In this document: positions 1 through 10,154 of the stretch, piece by piece
How positions within the stretch are numbered: the first letter of the stretch is position 1
Layout: each line of letters opens with the position of its first letter
Source of the DNA: an uncultured delta proteobacterium
Lineage (GTDB): Bacteria > Desulfobacterota > RBG-13-43-22
Length of the DNA: 64,000 nt
Reading direction: 5' to 3'
NCBI GenBank assembly: GCA_963838485.1
Contig: CAWIRY010000106.1
Coordinates: forward strand, 8,255-72,254
Notes under the pieces: generated by a model
Seen by the model: the letters and a program-made list of their open reading frames with translations, nothing else
What the model was told of the DNA's origin: nothing
Database searches by the model: none
Made by a program: the position numbers and the translations under genes

Positions 1-153
1 GATTATTACGAACGCCTGGATGTGGCCGAAATAGAGGGCGACCTGCTCAAGGCCTTTGCGGCCAAAAACCTGGCCAAGGCCGAAGCCAAATATAGAAAAT
101 TGGCCAAGGCCCGGTTGGCCCTAATTCAAGCCGAAGCTGGTGCCTTGAGTTAA
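1..153 (+). CDS. 3' end of an unidentified gene; only the C-terminal 50 codons are in the window
   Basis: Frame-1 reading from the window edge (DYYERLDVAEIEGDLLKAF...) ends at TAA 151-153. No recognisable family. Confidence 0.3.
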   Translation, partial: DYYERLDVAEIEGDLLKAFAAKNLAKAEAKYRKLAKARLALIQAEAGALS

Positions 154-199
154 TAAACATTTCACCCAAAGAGGCTTGACGGATCCGCAAAAAGTTGTC

Positions 200-278
200 A
201 TTCCTGCGCAGGCGGGAATCCAGGTTATGCCTAAAGAAATAAAATCCTGGATTCCCGTTTCCACGGGAATGACCAAAA
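200..278. terminator. Long imperfect hairpin (two inverted copies of a 25-nt unit); candidate terminator or REP-like element after the upstream gene
   Basis: gggaatccagg (217-227) pairs perfectly with cctggattccc (250-260), and gtcattcc pairs with gggaatgac. The six-frame ORF 176-376 covering it looks spurious. Confidence 0.3.
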
Positions 279-306
279 GGAGTGCTTTGGGCATTTTACG
301 AGACTT

Positions 307-924
307 TCATGCTAAGGCCTTTACAATGGGCACGTCTTCATGCCTCAACGAAAAAAAAGCTCCGGCTGAATCATAGGTCAAGCAGGAATTCCTCAGCCAA
401 TTCCGGTCGTCTTCCCGGGGGAAATCCCGGCGGATAAAACTGCCCCGGCTTTCCTGCCTGGCCAGGCTGGCGGTCAGAACGGCCTTGGTTACCAGCACCC
501 CGGAAAGAAGATCTTCTTTGAGCCGTCTTTCTTCAATCGTGTGTGGCAACACGGTTTGTAACTGGGTCAGAAGCCCATCGATCTCTGCCAGGCCATGGTG
601 GATACCGGCTTCCGTGCGTTGGATACCGGCATAATTCCAGGCAATCTCTCTCATGTTTTGGCGAAGGTCTCTGAGCCGCTTAATGGATGCCTTTTCTCCC
701 GGGGTCCATTCGTGAGATGCTTTTTGCCGGAAAGACCCCGATAAGGGATTGGCCCGGGCGTAGAGGGTGGCATTCCTGCCGGTAATTTTACCCATGACCG
801 CACATTCGGTCAGGGCATTGCCTCCTCTCCGGTTGGCCCCATGGAGCCCCCAAACCATTTCCCCGCAGGCGAATAAACCGGGTAAAACCGTCCGGCTATT
901 GGAGTCGGTCCGGACACCTCCCAT
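307..924 (-). pseudogene. C-terminal half of an FAD-dependent flavoprotein (L-aspartate oxidase / fumarate reductase / succinate dehydrogenase flavoprotein family), out of frame with its N-terminal half
   Basis: Contains the conserved GLFACGE...GLHGANRLGGNAL C-terminal FAD/substrate motifs. It is in a different frame from ORF 951-2018, and the junction holds a T7 homopolymer at 958-964. Confidence 0.55.
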
Positions 925-950
925 AAAAAAATGGACCGCCGGTGAAATCG

Positions 951-1889
951 CTATGGCTTTTTTTGAAAATCAAAACGGATCTTTTTGAAAAGGTTCCGCC
1001 GAAGATCTTCCCAGGCCTCTTCCGGGACCTGACGGCAATCCAGATAAACCGGGCCTTTTTGGTCTTCCTCATAGAGCAGAACGGAAAATTCATCCCGTTT
1101 GGTCAAGGCCGCCTTATTGATGTTGTCCACCTTCCATTTCTTCAACAAATCTTCCCCGGAAGCATTGACCAACCGTAATTCTTTCGGGTAGGGGGGATAG
1201 ACGATCATGGAGGGCCGGCGCGGTTCATTCAATACCAAAGGATAAAACTGGACGAATTCCATATCCCACAGGGACAAGCCGGCCTTGGCCGCCAGGGCAT
1301 ATCCCTGGCCCATGGTGCTTTTTTGATTGTCGTTCCTGAGATAAATCCCGCCGGCCCCGCCGGTGGCCAGGATGACCGCCGGGGCCCTAAGGGTCATTTC
1401 TTGACCGATTTCATCAAATCCTTTGACCCCTCCTGTTTTTTCTTCCGGCAAAAGCTCGGTGACATAAAAATTTTTTAAAACGAACACCTTTTCCAAGCCC
1501 CTTATCATTCGGGCCAAGGTCTTGACCAAAACCATACCGGGGATGGTATCGGGACTTGGTGTGCGAACAAAAAACTGACCCTTCCGTTCTTCCAGGTCGA
1601 GTCCCATGCCCTTAAAAAAGGCCATGGTCTTAGGGGCCTCTCTGGCAATCAGTTTGACATAATCGGCATCATTAATCTTTCTACCGGCCTGGATCGTATC
1701 CTCGACATAAGCTTCGGAGCTATAATCGGAAGTCGGTGCGGCAAAAATCCCGTTGGCTAAGGAGGTATTAGTTCCCCGGCCTATGGATCCTTTGTCAATC
1801 AATAACACCTTCGCCCCTTCGGCCTGAGCGGCATAAACGGCCATCATTCCGGCCAGACCGGCCCCGATGACAATAACATCCATTTTCAT
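951..1889 (-). pseudogene. N-terminal FAD-binding half of the same flavoprotein; likely true start MKMDVIVIGAGLAG
   Basis: Rossmann GxGxxG motif DVIVIGAGLAGM. The N-terminal half (about 312 aa) plus the C-terminal half (205 aa) is about 517 aa, NadB-like in size. The ORF stops before the C-terminal half resumes in another frame. Confidence 0.55.
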
Positions 1890-2229
1890 AGTCTTTTCCC
1901 TTTCGGGACTATCGGCAATGATCTTTTCACCTTGAACTTCTTTCCCGGCCATTTTATACTCATTCCATCCAAATGCAAGAGCTTCAAAAAATAAACAAAG
2001 AAAGCGACGTGATCTCACGGGATTGGTGAAATCAAATGACCCTATGCGGTATGAAAATGGTGGGTCCGGCCGAGATCAATCTGGACCCGCTTTCCAATCC
2101 TGAGGAGGTTATTACCCAGGACTCCCCATTATGGGATTTCCTTAAAATTGAAGTTGATGTAGATGATCACGATTTATTTCTAAACCATAAGGGATGAAAT
2201 TATGGTAATATTTATTTAGAGAGGTCATC

Positions 2230-4089
2230 ATGCACGGATACGCGGGCAAGATTTTAGAGGTTGACTTGACGAAAAGGGTTTGTTCGAGCTTTCCTCTCGA
2301 AGAGAAGAGGCTCAAGAAATTTATCGGCGGAAGTTCTCTGGCCGCTTCGTTTTATTTAGAAAAATATAATCTGGATGCCGATCCGCTTGCACCGGAAAGT
2401 CCGCTCATGATCATGACCGGTCCTATGGTCGCCAGCGGTTTCCCCGGATCGTCCCGATTTGCGGTTAGCGCTAAATCCCCGCAAACCGGTATCTGGGGCG
2501 AATCGGCCTGCGGCGGAACCTTCGGACCGGAATTAAAACGCGCCGGCTTTGACGGCATCATCGTTATCGGCCGGAGCCCCTTTCCCGTCATCATTTCCAT
2601 CATCAACGGTCAAGCAACCCTGTCTCCTGCCAACGATCTTTGGGGAAAGGATATTTACGAAGTAACCGATGCCCTCAAATCCGAGGACAAGAGGTTGAAG
2701 GTCCTGACGATCGGCCCGGCCGGCGAAAATCTGGTCAAATTTTCCTCGATCGGCAACGATAAAGCCCATTACATCGGCCGAACGGGTTTGGGCGCGGTCA
2801 TGGGTTCAAAAAAATTAAAGGCCATCGTGGTCCGGGGAAATGAGCCTCCGACCAAGGCCAACGAAGATAAGTATAAGGAAATATTTAGGACCGCCATACA
2901 GGAAATCAAGGAATCCGCCTTTGCCGAATCATTGCATCTGATGGGATCCGATGCGGCGATGGATTTGGGAATGATGACCGGAGACGTTCCCATAAAAAAC
3001 TGGTCGGTCGGCGAGGCCTTCGAGCTGGCTTCCAAACTCAGCGGCCCCACGATGAGGGAAACTTACCTCACCAAAGCCCATGCCTGTGCCAATTGCCCGA
3101 TTGCCTGTAAAAGAGTGGTCGCGGTTAAAGAAGGGCCCTACCAAACGGAAGAAGGGCCGGGACCGGAATATGAGACCTGCTGCACCTTCGGCACCATGAT
3201 CATGAACGACGATCTGGCAGCCGTCATCAAGGCCAATGCGCTTTGCAACCGTTACGGACTGGATACGATCAGCGCCGGAGCCACCATTGCCATGGCCATG
3301 GAGCTTTATGAGAAAGGGACCATTGATAAGCCAAAGGCCGATAACCTGGAACTCAACTGGGGTAATATGGATACGGTTTTTACGCTGTTGAAAAAAATCG
3401 CCTTCCGTGATGGCTTCGGCGATCTCCTGGCCGAGGGCTCATTGAAAGCCGCCGCCCAGTTGGGAGCCGAAGCTATGAAGGCCGTCGTTCAGGTCAAAGG
3501 GCTGGAACTGCCCATGCACGACCCACGAGGCTTCCACGGCATGGGACTGGCCTACATGATGTCCAATCGCGGCGCCTGCCATTTGCAGCATGCCGTAATG
3601 GGTACGGAACAGGGCATGGTTTCCTGGCCCCAGCTCTTTGAGATGAAAGAAGACTACGAAGGTAAAACCTCGCAGGGCAAGGCCTGGCTCGTTTTCAATT
3701 CTGAAAATTACGGCATCCTGGGCAATAGCCTCTCAATCTGCCACTATCTTATGTACTGCCTTAAGCCGGAGACCATCCGGGATGCCTTCAATGCCATTAC
3801 CGGTTTTAACTTTGATTTTAAAGATTTCCTGATCTGCGGCGCCCGTGATTGGACGATGAAAAGGGGGATCAATAACTTGTTCGGCGTTTCCGCCAGGGAC
3901 GATATTCTGCCGCTTAAGATTTTGACGCCGTTAAAAGAAGGGGCTGCGGCCGGCTCGGTTCCCGATATGCAACTCCTGCGCGATGAATATTACGCTATCC
4001 GCGGCCTCAATGGCGACGGGATTCCCAAACCAGAGAAACTAACGGCGTTGGATCTGCCGGAGTTGCGCCACAAACTCTATAAAATATAA
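2230..4089 (+). CDS. aor: Tungsten-containing aldehyde:ferredoxin oxidoreductase (AOR family)
   Basis: 619 aa, matching AOR size. N-terminal MHGYAGKILEVDLT opening and AOR-family Cys motifs (CANCPIAC); two-domain AOR layout. Confidence 0.85.
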   Translation: MHGYAGKILEVDLTKRVCSSFPLEEKRLKKFIGGSSLAASFYLEKYNLDADPLAPESPLMIMTGPMVASGFPGSSRFAVSAKSPQTGIWGESACGGTFGPELKRAGFDGIIVIGRSPFPVIISIINGQATLSPANDLWGKDIYEVTDALKSEDKRLKVLTIGPAGENLVKFSSIGNDKAHYIGRTGLGAVMGSKKLKAIVVRGNEPPTKANEDKYKEIFRTAIQEIKESAFAESLHLMGSDAAMDLGMMTGDVPIKNWSVGEAFELASKLSGPTMRETYLTKAHACANCPIACKRVVAVKEGPYQTEEGPGPEYETCCTFGTMIMNDDLAAVIKANALCNRYGLDTISAGATIAMAMELYEKGTIDKPKADNLELNWGNMDTVFTLLKKIAFRDGFGDLLAEGSLKAAAQLGAEAMKAVVQVKGLELPMHDPRGFHGMGLAYMMSNRGACHLQHAVMGTEQGMVSWPQLFEMKEDYEGKTSQGKAWLVFNSENYGILGNSLSICHYLMYCLKPETIRDAFNAITGFNFDFKDFLICGARDWTMKRGINNLFGVSARDDILPLKILTPLKEGAAAGSVPDMQLLRDEYYAIRGLNGDGIPKPEKLTALDLPELRHKLYKI

Positions 4090-4108
4090 TAAGAAAGGAG
4101 GACGGAAA

Positions 4109-4534
4109 ATGACTGCCTATAAGGCTTTTACCCAAGAATGGATGGATGCCTGGAAGCAGAAAATTGTCGAATCCAAAGAATACAAGGAAATCGCCAAAGA
4201 CTGGGAGGGCAGTGTCTCCATCACCGTTAAGGCCGAGCCCTCGAAAAATGTTCCCCAACCGGTATATATGTTCACCGACTACTGGCATGGTGACGTCCGT
4301 GATTTCATGATCTGCGACGAGACCAAAGCGCAAACGGCGAAATTTATCATGACCGGCGACTACGCCCGCTGGAAGCAGGTGGCCAAAAAAGAACTCGACG
4401 CGACCAAGGCCTTGATGCAGGGCAAATTAAAACTCAAGGGCGACCTGACCTATGTCGTGCGCAACGTCAAAACCGTCAACAAGGTTATTGATATCTTGAC
4501 GGAAGTCAACACCCTTTTCCCCGACGAAGTTTAA
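4109..4534 (+). CDS. SCP2 (sterol carrier protein-2) domain protein
   Basis: 141 aa with the characteristic C-terminal MQGKLKLKGDL SCP2 motif. Starts 20 nt after aor with an RBS. Confidence 0.7.
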   Translation: MTAYKAFTQEWMDAWKQKIVESKEYKEIAKDWEGSVSITVKAEPSKNVPQPVYMFTDYWHGDVRDFMICDETKAQTAKFIMTGDYARWKQVAKKELDATKALMQGKLKLKGDLTYVVRNVKTVNKVIDILTEVNTLFPDEV

Positions 4535-4562
4535 CCCTACCAAGAGAAAGGGGTAAAAAAAT

Positions 4563-5729
4563 ATGGTTTACGATCAAGACCTATCGTTTATTTATTTCGG
4601 CCCCACAAAAGTCATTTTCGGCAACGGCTCATCGGTGCAGGAAGTGGGATCGGAAATGAGCGCCCTGGGCTGTTCCCGGGCTGTCGTTGTCACCGATCAG
4701 GGAATTATCAGGGCCGGTTTGCTGGAAAAGATAACCGCCAGCCTGGGCGCGAAATGCGTCGGCGTCTACAGCGATATTCCCCAGGATACGGGCATCGACG
4801 TGGTTGATCACGCCGCGGCCTTTGCCAAAGGAAAAGGGGCGGATATTGTGGTCAGTGTCGGCGGCGGCAGCGTGATTGATACCGCCAAAGGCATGTGCAT
4901 TCTCATGACCGAAGGCGGCTCCCTGAGCGATTTCGAAGGGATTCAGCTTTTAACACGGCCGCAGACGCCGCATATCGTTATTCCGACAACGGCCGGTACG
5001 GGCAGCGAAGTCACCTGGGCGGCGGTGATTTACGATAAACGCAAAGGGCAGAAGATTTTGATCGTCGAATCCTTTATTGCCCCGCGGGTGGCGATTCTCG
5101 ACCCAATTTTAACGGCTAAACTGCCGCCGTTGCTGACGGCATCAACGGGGATGGATGCCTTCTGCCATGCCGTCGAGGCAATGACTTCCCTGCAGCGGGA
5201 ACCGATTGCCGACGCCCTGGCCTTGCATGCCATCCGGCTGCTGAATCAATACCTGCCGAATTGCGTTCAAAACGGCCAGGATCTCGAGGCCCGCGGACAG
5301 GTGCAATTAGCCGCCACCATGGCCGGTTGGGCCTTCGGCAATGCCTTAGTCGGATTGGTTCACGCCATGGCCCATTCCATCGGCGCCGTCGCCCGAATTC
5401 CCCACGGCATCGCCAACGGCATCCTCCTGCCCCATTGCATGGCCTACAATCTCTCCGACGCTCAAGAGTTTTATGCTGAAATCGCCAAAGTTTTAGGCGT
5501 TATGGAAAAGGGCAGCACGACCGGACAGGCGGCTCAAGCCGCAGTCGAGGCTGTTTTTGCTTTTACTCGAAAAATAGGACATCCGCAAAAACTCTCCGAA
5601 TTCGGCGTAAAGGAGGAGGATATCACCAAGGCCGCCGAGTTGAGCCTGTCCGACGGTTCCATTATCAATAACATTCGGTTCGTTGCTGGGGCGAATGAGG
5701 TCCTGGAAATTTATCGGAAAGCCTTGTAA
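4563..5729 (+). CDS. Iron-containing alcohol dehydrogenase (Fe-ADH family)
   Basis: 388 aa with the GGGSVIDTAKG dinucleotide-binding motif and conserved His cluster (HAMAHSIG). Confidence 0.85.
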   Translation: MVYDQDLSFIYFGPTKVIFGNGSSVQEVGSEMSALGCSRAVVVTDQGIIRAGLLEKITASLGAKCVGVYSDIPQDTGIDVVDHAAAFAKGKGADIVVSVGGGSVIDTAKGMCILMTEGGSLSDFEGIQLLTRPQTPHIVIPTTAGTGSEVTWAAVIYDKRKGQKILIVESFIAPRVAILDPILTAKLPPLLTASTGMDAFCHAVEAMTSLQREPIADALALHAIRLLNQYLPNCVQNGQDLEARGQVQLAATMAGWAFGNALVGLVHAMAHSIGAVARIPHGIANGILLPHCMAYNLSDAQEFYAEIAKVLGVMEKGSTTGQAAQAAVEAVFAFTRKIGHPQKLSEFGVKEEDITKAAELSLSDGSIINNIRFVAGANEVLEIYRKAL

Positions 5730-5752
5730 CCGTCTTCCCCCAGGGAGGCTTT

Positions 5753-6175
5753 GTGAATCTCAACATGATCAATCGGGCCGAAGAGGTCCCTTTTTCATCC
5801 ATTGTGCAGGAGTTGATCGCTGGAAATGTCGGTCAATCGGCGGCCAAGCTGGCCGCCTATGAAAAGATGAACGGGGTAGTGGCTATTGATTTGCCGGATA
5901 TAGAAGCTGCCGTCACCCTTATTTTTCAGCAGGGAAAACTGACGATCGAGGCGGGCATCACCCGAAATCCCGCTATTGTCATTAAAACGTCTTCTGATAC
6001 GGTTATGGATTTAAACCTGCTGAAAATACGCTTAGGGCTACCGTATTATTTCGATGCGGCCGGCCGCCGCGTTTTAAGCCACCTCATAAAGGGCCGACTA
6101 AAAATAAAGGGCTTGTTTCGCCATCCCGTTTTACTTACCCGCTTCACCATGATCATGTCGGTGATGGTGACTTGA
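5753..6175 (+). CDS. Second SCP2-domain protein
   Basis: 140 aa with KGRLKIKGL SCP2-type C-terminal motif. Sits immediately after the ADH gene. Confidence 0.55.
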   Translation: MNLNMINRAEEVPFSSIVQELIAGNVGQSAAKLAAYEKMNGVVAIDLPDIEAAVTLIFQQGKLTIEAGITRNPAIVIKTSSDTVMDLNLLKIRLGLPYYFDAAGRRVLSHLIKGRLKIKGLFRHPVLLTRFTMIMSVMVT

Positions 6176-6226
6176 TTATTAACCGTCTCAATAATATTAA
6201 CACCCTGACTCCGGCAGGTGAGGCTG

Positions 6227-6409
6227 CTTTTTCTGGAGTCATTGGCGAAAGGGCGCTGTCTTTTCCGGACTTATTAACGGGGGAAACCGCAGCTCGTCCG
6301 CTGATTTTTAGCGGACGAGAATGCGGAGGGGGCAAAGCATCCCCCGTGGATAAGTCCGAAGAAAAGACCAGCCCGAAAGCCACAGACGGAAGAAAAAGCA
6401 GCCTCACCT
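6227..6409. repeat. 183-bp nested imperfect palindrome (multi-stem structured element); candidate structured RNA or MITE-like element
   Basis: Perfect 19-bp outer inverted repeat: caggtgaggctgctttttc at 6227-6245 and gaaaaagcagcctcacctg at 6391-6409. Inner arms cggacttat/ataagtccg and acggggga/tcccccgt also pair. A central perfect hairpin ctcgtccgct...agcggacgag is present. ORFs 6153-6407(-) and 6172-6411(+) overlying it are spurious. Confidence 0.5.
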
Positions 6410-6521
6410 GATCAATACTACCATGAGACGGTTAATAAGTTTGACGATAATGTGGATTCTTGTCCGGATGATTATCCAGAAGATTAAGTCAGCCCTTAAA
6501 CCTTTTTAATCAGGAAGATCT

Positions 6522-7499
6522 ATGATGAAAATCAACACCGTTCTCGGTCCTATTTCTTCTGAAGTCTTGGGGTTGACCCTGGTTCATGAGCATATTGCCG
6601 CCGGTTATGCGGGGTGGGAGTGCGACCCCTTGTCCAGACCTTACGACCGGGGAAAAATGGTCAAGCTTTGTCTAAAGGCCTTGGAACCGGTAAAGGCCTA
6701 TGGGGTGCAGTCGATTATCGACGCCACCCCGCCGGATTTGAACCGGGATGTCGATCTCCTCAGAGAAGTCTCCGAAAACTTACAGATCAATATCATCTGC
6801 TCCACCGGCCGGTATACGGAAACCATGGGCAAGTGGGCTTACCTGAAGCAGCGAATGAAAAACAAAATCGGCGATCCGGTCACGGAGCTCTATGAAGGCT
6901 TTATGGAGGAAATAACCAAGGGCATCGGCCCATCGGCCGTGAAGCCCGGGGTCATCAAGGTGGGCACGGGACTGAACGGCATTTCCTCCTTGGAAGAAGG
7001 GTTGCTGCGGGCTGCGGCCAAGGCCGGCAAAGAAAGCGGCCTTCCCATTATCACCCACACGGAGAGGGGCACCATGGGGCCGGAACAGGCGGAGTTTCTC
7101 ATCGGCCAGGGGGTACGGCCAAGAAGCATCATGATCGGCCATATGTGCGGCAATCCCTCTTTGCAATACCAGATGGGCGTCTTGAGCCAGGGTGTGTATG
7201 TCGCCTTTGACCGATTCGGAATCGAATTGTTCCTGCCCGACAGGGTAAGGACCGCCGCATTGATCGGTCTTTTGGGAGTAGGTTATGCCGACCGGATCAT
7301 GTTGTCCCAGGACTTCATCGCCTGCTCTTCGGGGCGCGGTGGCCGGCTGCCGGAAGAGGTGGGCCGGCAATTGGCCCACTGGTCCTTTGTCAATATCTTC
7401 CGCAACATTCTTCCGGCCCTGAAACAGGCCGGAATCACCGAAGGACAGATCAGGACCATGATGATCGATAATCCCAAACGCCTGTTTAGCGGGGAATAA
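6522..7499 (+). CDS. Phosphotriesterase-related protein (PTE/Php amidohydrolase family)
   Basis: 325 aa with the LVHEHI metal-binding HxH motif at the N-terminus and a TIM-barrel amidohydrolase pattern. Confidence 0.65.
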   Translation: MMKINTVLGPISSEVLGLTLVHEHIAAGYAGWECDPLSRPYDRGKMVKLCLKALEPVKAYGVQSIIDATPPDLNRDVDLLREVSENLQINIICSTGRYTETMGKWAYLKQRMKNKIGDPVTELYEGFMEEITKGIGPSAVKPGVIKVGTGLNGISSLEEGLLRAAAKAGKESGLPIITHTERGTMGPEQAEFLIGQGVRPRSIMIGHMCGNPSLQYQMGVLSQGVYVAFDRFGIELFLPDRVRTAALIGLLGVGYADRIMLSQDFIACSSGRGGRLPEEVGRQLAHWSFVNIFRNILPALKQAGITEGQIRTMMIDNPKRLFSGE

Positions 7500-7523
7500 C
7501 GCCTCGAGGATTGAACCGTTGGA

Positions 7524-8687
7524 TTAAAACAACCGGCTTGGCGCTGCTAAGATCCCCCGGCCGGCTACCATGCGATTGATCTGGTTCGTCCCTTCGAAGA
7601 TCTGGGTCAACTTGGCATCTCGCATCAATTTCTCCACCGTCGAACCTCTCATATAACCCGATCCGCCTAATATCTGGACGGCGTCGGTGGTAATCTTCAT
7701 GGCCGCATCGGTGGCAAAAAATTTGGCCAGTGCCCCGTCGGTGGTGCAGCGCATCCCCTGGTCCAGCATCCATCCCACCTGGAGATACATGGCCCGGCAG
7801 GCCATGACCAGGGCATTCATATCGGCTAATATAAAATGGACCCCCTGAAAGTTACCGATCGGTTGTCCGAATTGAACCCGGGTCTTGGCCCAGTGAACCG
7901 CCTCATCCAGGGCCTTTTGGCCGATACCCGTGCAAATGGCGGCGATGTTGACTCTGCCCCGGTCGAGGGCCATCATGGCCAGTTTGAAACCCTGCCCTTC
8001 CTGCCCGATCAGGTTTTCTTGGGTGAGTTCCACCTCTTCAAAAAACAACTCCACGACATTTAAGGCCCGATGGCCCATTTTATCTTCCACCCGGCCCACC
8101 CGGATACCCGGGGTATTGCGGGGAACGGCAAAACAGCAGATCCCTTTGGTGCCCAGACTTCTATCGACGGTGGCAAACAGACAAAGCAGATCGGCGTATT
8201 GACCGTTGGTGATATAACATTTGGACCCGTTGATAATGTAGCGATCGCCTTTCTTCTCAGCCGTAGTGCGCATCACCCCCGCATCGGATCCGGCCTCCGG
8301 TTCGGTAAGGCAAAAACAGGCGCTTCGGTAGCTCTCCGTCATGGCCCCGATAAATTTCTTCTTTTGCTCCTCCGTTCCCCCGATCAGGACGGCCCCTGTG
8401 GCCAAATGAGAAATGCCGATCATCTGGCCGATGGCGCAACATTCATAATTCATGGCTTCGGTGACGATATAATGCTCCAGAAAACTCAGACCCGATCCGC
8501 CGTATTGCTCCGGAATGTTGGTATACATGAGCCCGAGCTCCCGGGCCTTTTTTAAAATGGCTTCGGGATAAGTTCCCTCCCGGTCATATTCGATGGCCTT
8601 CGGTTTAATCTCTTTAGCGGCAAACTCTTTGGCCAGTTCCAACAATCGTTTTTGGTCATCACTTAAGCTGAAATCGATCATTTCCAA
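7524..8687 (-). CDS. Acyl-CoA dehydrogenase
   Basis: 387 aa, ACAD-family architecture throughout; similarity to acyl-CoA dehydrogenases. Confidence 0.8.
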   Translation of the reverse strand: MEMIDFSLSDDQKRLLELAKEFAAKEIKPKAIEYDREGTYPEAILKKARELGLMYTNIPEQYGGSGLSFLEHYIVTEAMNYECCAIGQMIGISHLATGAVLIGGTEEQKKKFIGAMTESYRSACFCLTEPEAGSDAGVMRTTAEKKGDRYIINGSKCYITNGQYADLLCLFATVDRSLGTKGICCFAVPRNTPGIRVGRVEDKMGHRALNVVELFFEEVELTQENLIGQEGQGFKLAMMALDRGRVNIAAICTGIGQKALDEAVHWAKTRVQFGQPIGNFQGVHFILADMNALVMACRAMYLQVGWMLDQGMRCTTDGALAKFFATDAAMKITTDAVQILGGSGYMRGSTVEKLMRDAKLTQIFEGTNQINRMVAGRGILAAPSRLF

Positions 8688-8705
8688 ATATCCTTTCCGT
8701 TATGT

Positions 8706-10130
8706 TTAATCCGCAAGGTCCGAGACATCCTCTTTCTTGGCCTTGCCGAGGCCAAAATCCGCCTGCCCCTTTTCCACTTTTATTTCTGGAACAATTTTTC
8801 GAACCAGTCCCTGGGTATCGCCCACCTGGAGCTGATCAAACAAAAACCCGAATTTGTCTTCCAGGGTCTTTCGAATAGCCGATCGCACTTCTTCCGGTAA
8901 GCCCCACATTTCGGCTTTAAACGGCCCCAGGCCTTTTTTCCGGGTGCTGTAAAGAAATTGTTCCTCGGTCTTGCCTGATTTCCATTCGTCGGCGTGTTTG
9001 GATTTCAGATATTCATAAATGCCTTGTTTTAAATCAGGCGGAAATTTTTCATGATCATAGATCATATTTTGAAAGCCAGTGGCCAAATGAACCTCCACGG
9101 CGTCATGGGTGACGAACTGATTAAAGGCCTCATCGGGCAGGGTGGAGGCCCCATGCTGGACCGTGCCGCCCATACCGTAGCGGGTCCGGGCTACTTGAGA
9201 GAGGTCTTTCAAGACCTTAAAATCAATGGCCACCCGGGCCAGGGTGCCGTCTGGCAGGACCACGCCACCGTGACTCGTCCCGGTTTGGATGCTGATTTTG
9301 GAAAGACCGGGTAAACCGTCGGGAAGGGCGCCGATGAGGCCGTCCATAAAGGCCCGAAGTTCCGTCTCATCGCTGTTTTTCCCGCCCACCTCGCCGATCT
9401 CTCCGCCAACGGAAATGGTGATCCCCTGGGGCTGATGTTTCCGGATAAAGGCCGTAAACCGGGCGCACAATTCATAGTTGGCCCGCTGCTGTTCGGAAAC
9501 CGAGGGCTGACCGAGATCCACCAGGGTGGAGGTGTCTATGTCGATATTGTAAAAACCGGCCTGGATGGCCTCCTTGATGAGTTGCTCGATGGCCTTTATT
9601 TCCTCTTCCGGTTGTTCCTTAAATTTTTTGTTGCTGGCTTGGAAATGGTCTCCCTGGACAAACAACGGCCCCTGGAACCCTTCTTTTATGGCCGCGGCCA
9701 TGACCGAAGAAAAATATTCCCTGGGCCTCTGGGCCGTATAGCCGATCTCCGAGCGGGCGATTTCAAAGATCATGGCCCCGACTTTTCGTTGAATGGCCGC
9801 CTTAAATGCGGCCCGGGCGCAATCATAGGTCATGGCCCGGAGATTAATGGCCGGAACCGTGAACTTTTTGCCGATTTCTCCGCGTCCCACGGCCCTGTAA
9901 AATTCATGAATAGAAGCCGGATAAATTCCTGTCTCCCGCCCCAATTCCCAGATCAACCAGCAGGCCAACGCCTTTTGATCAACCTCGCCAAAAACCGCCC
10001 GGTGAATTAATTGATCTATGGTCTTTTCTCGAAGCTTTTTTTCATCTAAAATGGTTACCCCCTCTTCTGGATGGACCTTTATCGAATCCATAAGAAAAGA
10101 AAAATCGGTTTCTAAAATGTTGACCTTCAT
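8706..10130 (-). CDS. Class II (metal-dependent) fructose/ketose-bisphosphate aldolase family protein, long form
   Basis: 474 aa with FVQGDHF (Zn His), SVGGEIGEVGG, and TSHGG/QHGAS motifs positioned as in class II aldolases. Confidence 0.55.
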   Translation of the reverse strand: MKVNILETDFSFLMDSIKVHPEEGVTILDEKKLREKTIDQLIHRAVFGEVDQKALACWLIWELGRETGIYPASIHEFYRAVGRGEIGKKFTVPAINLRAMTYDCARAAFKAAIQRKVGAMIFEIARSEIGYTAQRPREYFSSVMAAAIKEGFQGPLFVQGDHFQASNKKFKEQPEEEIKAIEQLIKEAIQAGFYNIDIDTSTLVDLGQPSVSEQQRANYELCARFTAFIRKHQPQGITISVGGEIGEVGGKNSDETELRAFMDGLIGALPDGLPGLSKISIQTGTSHGGVVLPDGTLARVAIDFKVLKDLSQVARTRYGMGGTVQHGASTLPDEAFNQFVTHDAVEVHLATGFQNMIYDHEKFPPDLKQGIYEYLKSKHADEWKSGKTEEQFLYSTRKKGLGPFKAEMWGLPEEVRSAIRKTLEDKFGFLFDQLQVGDTQGLVRKIVPEIKVEKGQADFGLGKAKKEDVSDLAD

Positions 10131-10154
10131 TAGCCTCCTCCTATTATGTTGAAA

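Noticed and set aside
176-376. 66-aa plus-strand ORF
   Set aside because: It covers a pair of inverted 25-nt palindromic units. It is more plausibly a hairpin or terminator region than coding.
6153-6411. Mirror ORFs (84 aa on minus, 79 aa on plus) over the 183-bp palindrome
   Set aside because: An open frame on both strands is the automatic consequence of a near-perfect inverted repeat. No coding signal.
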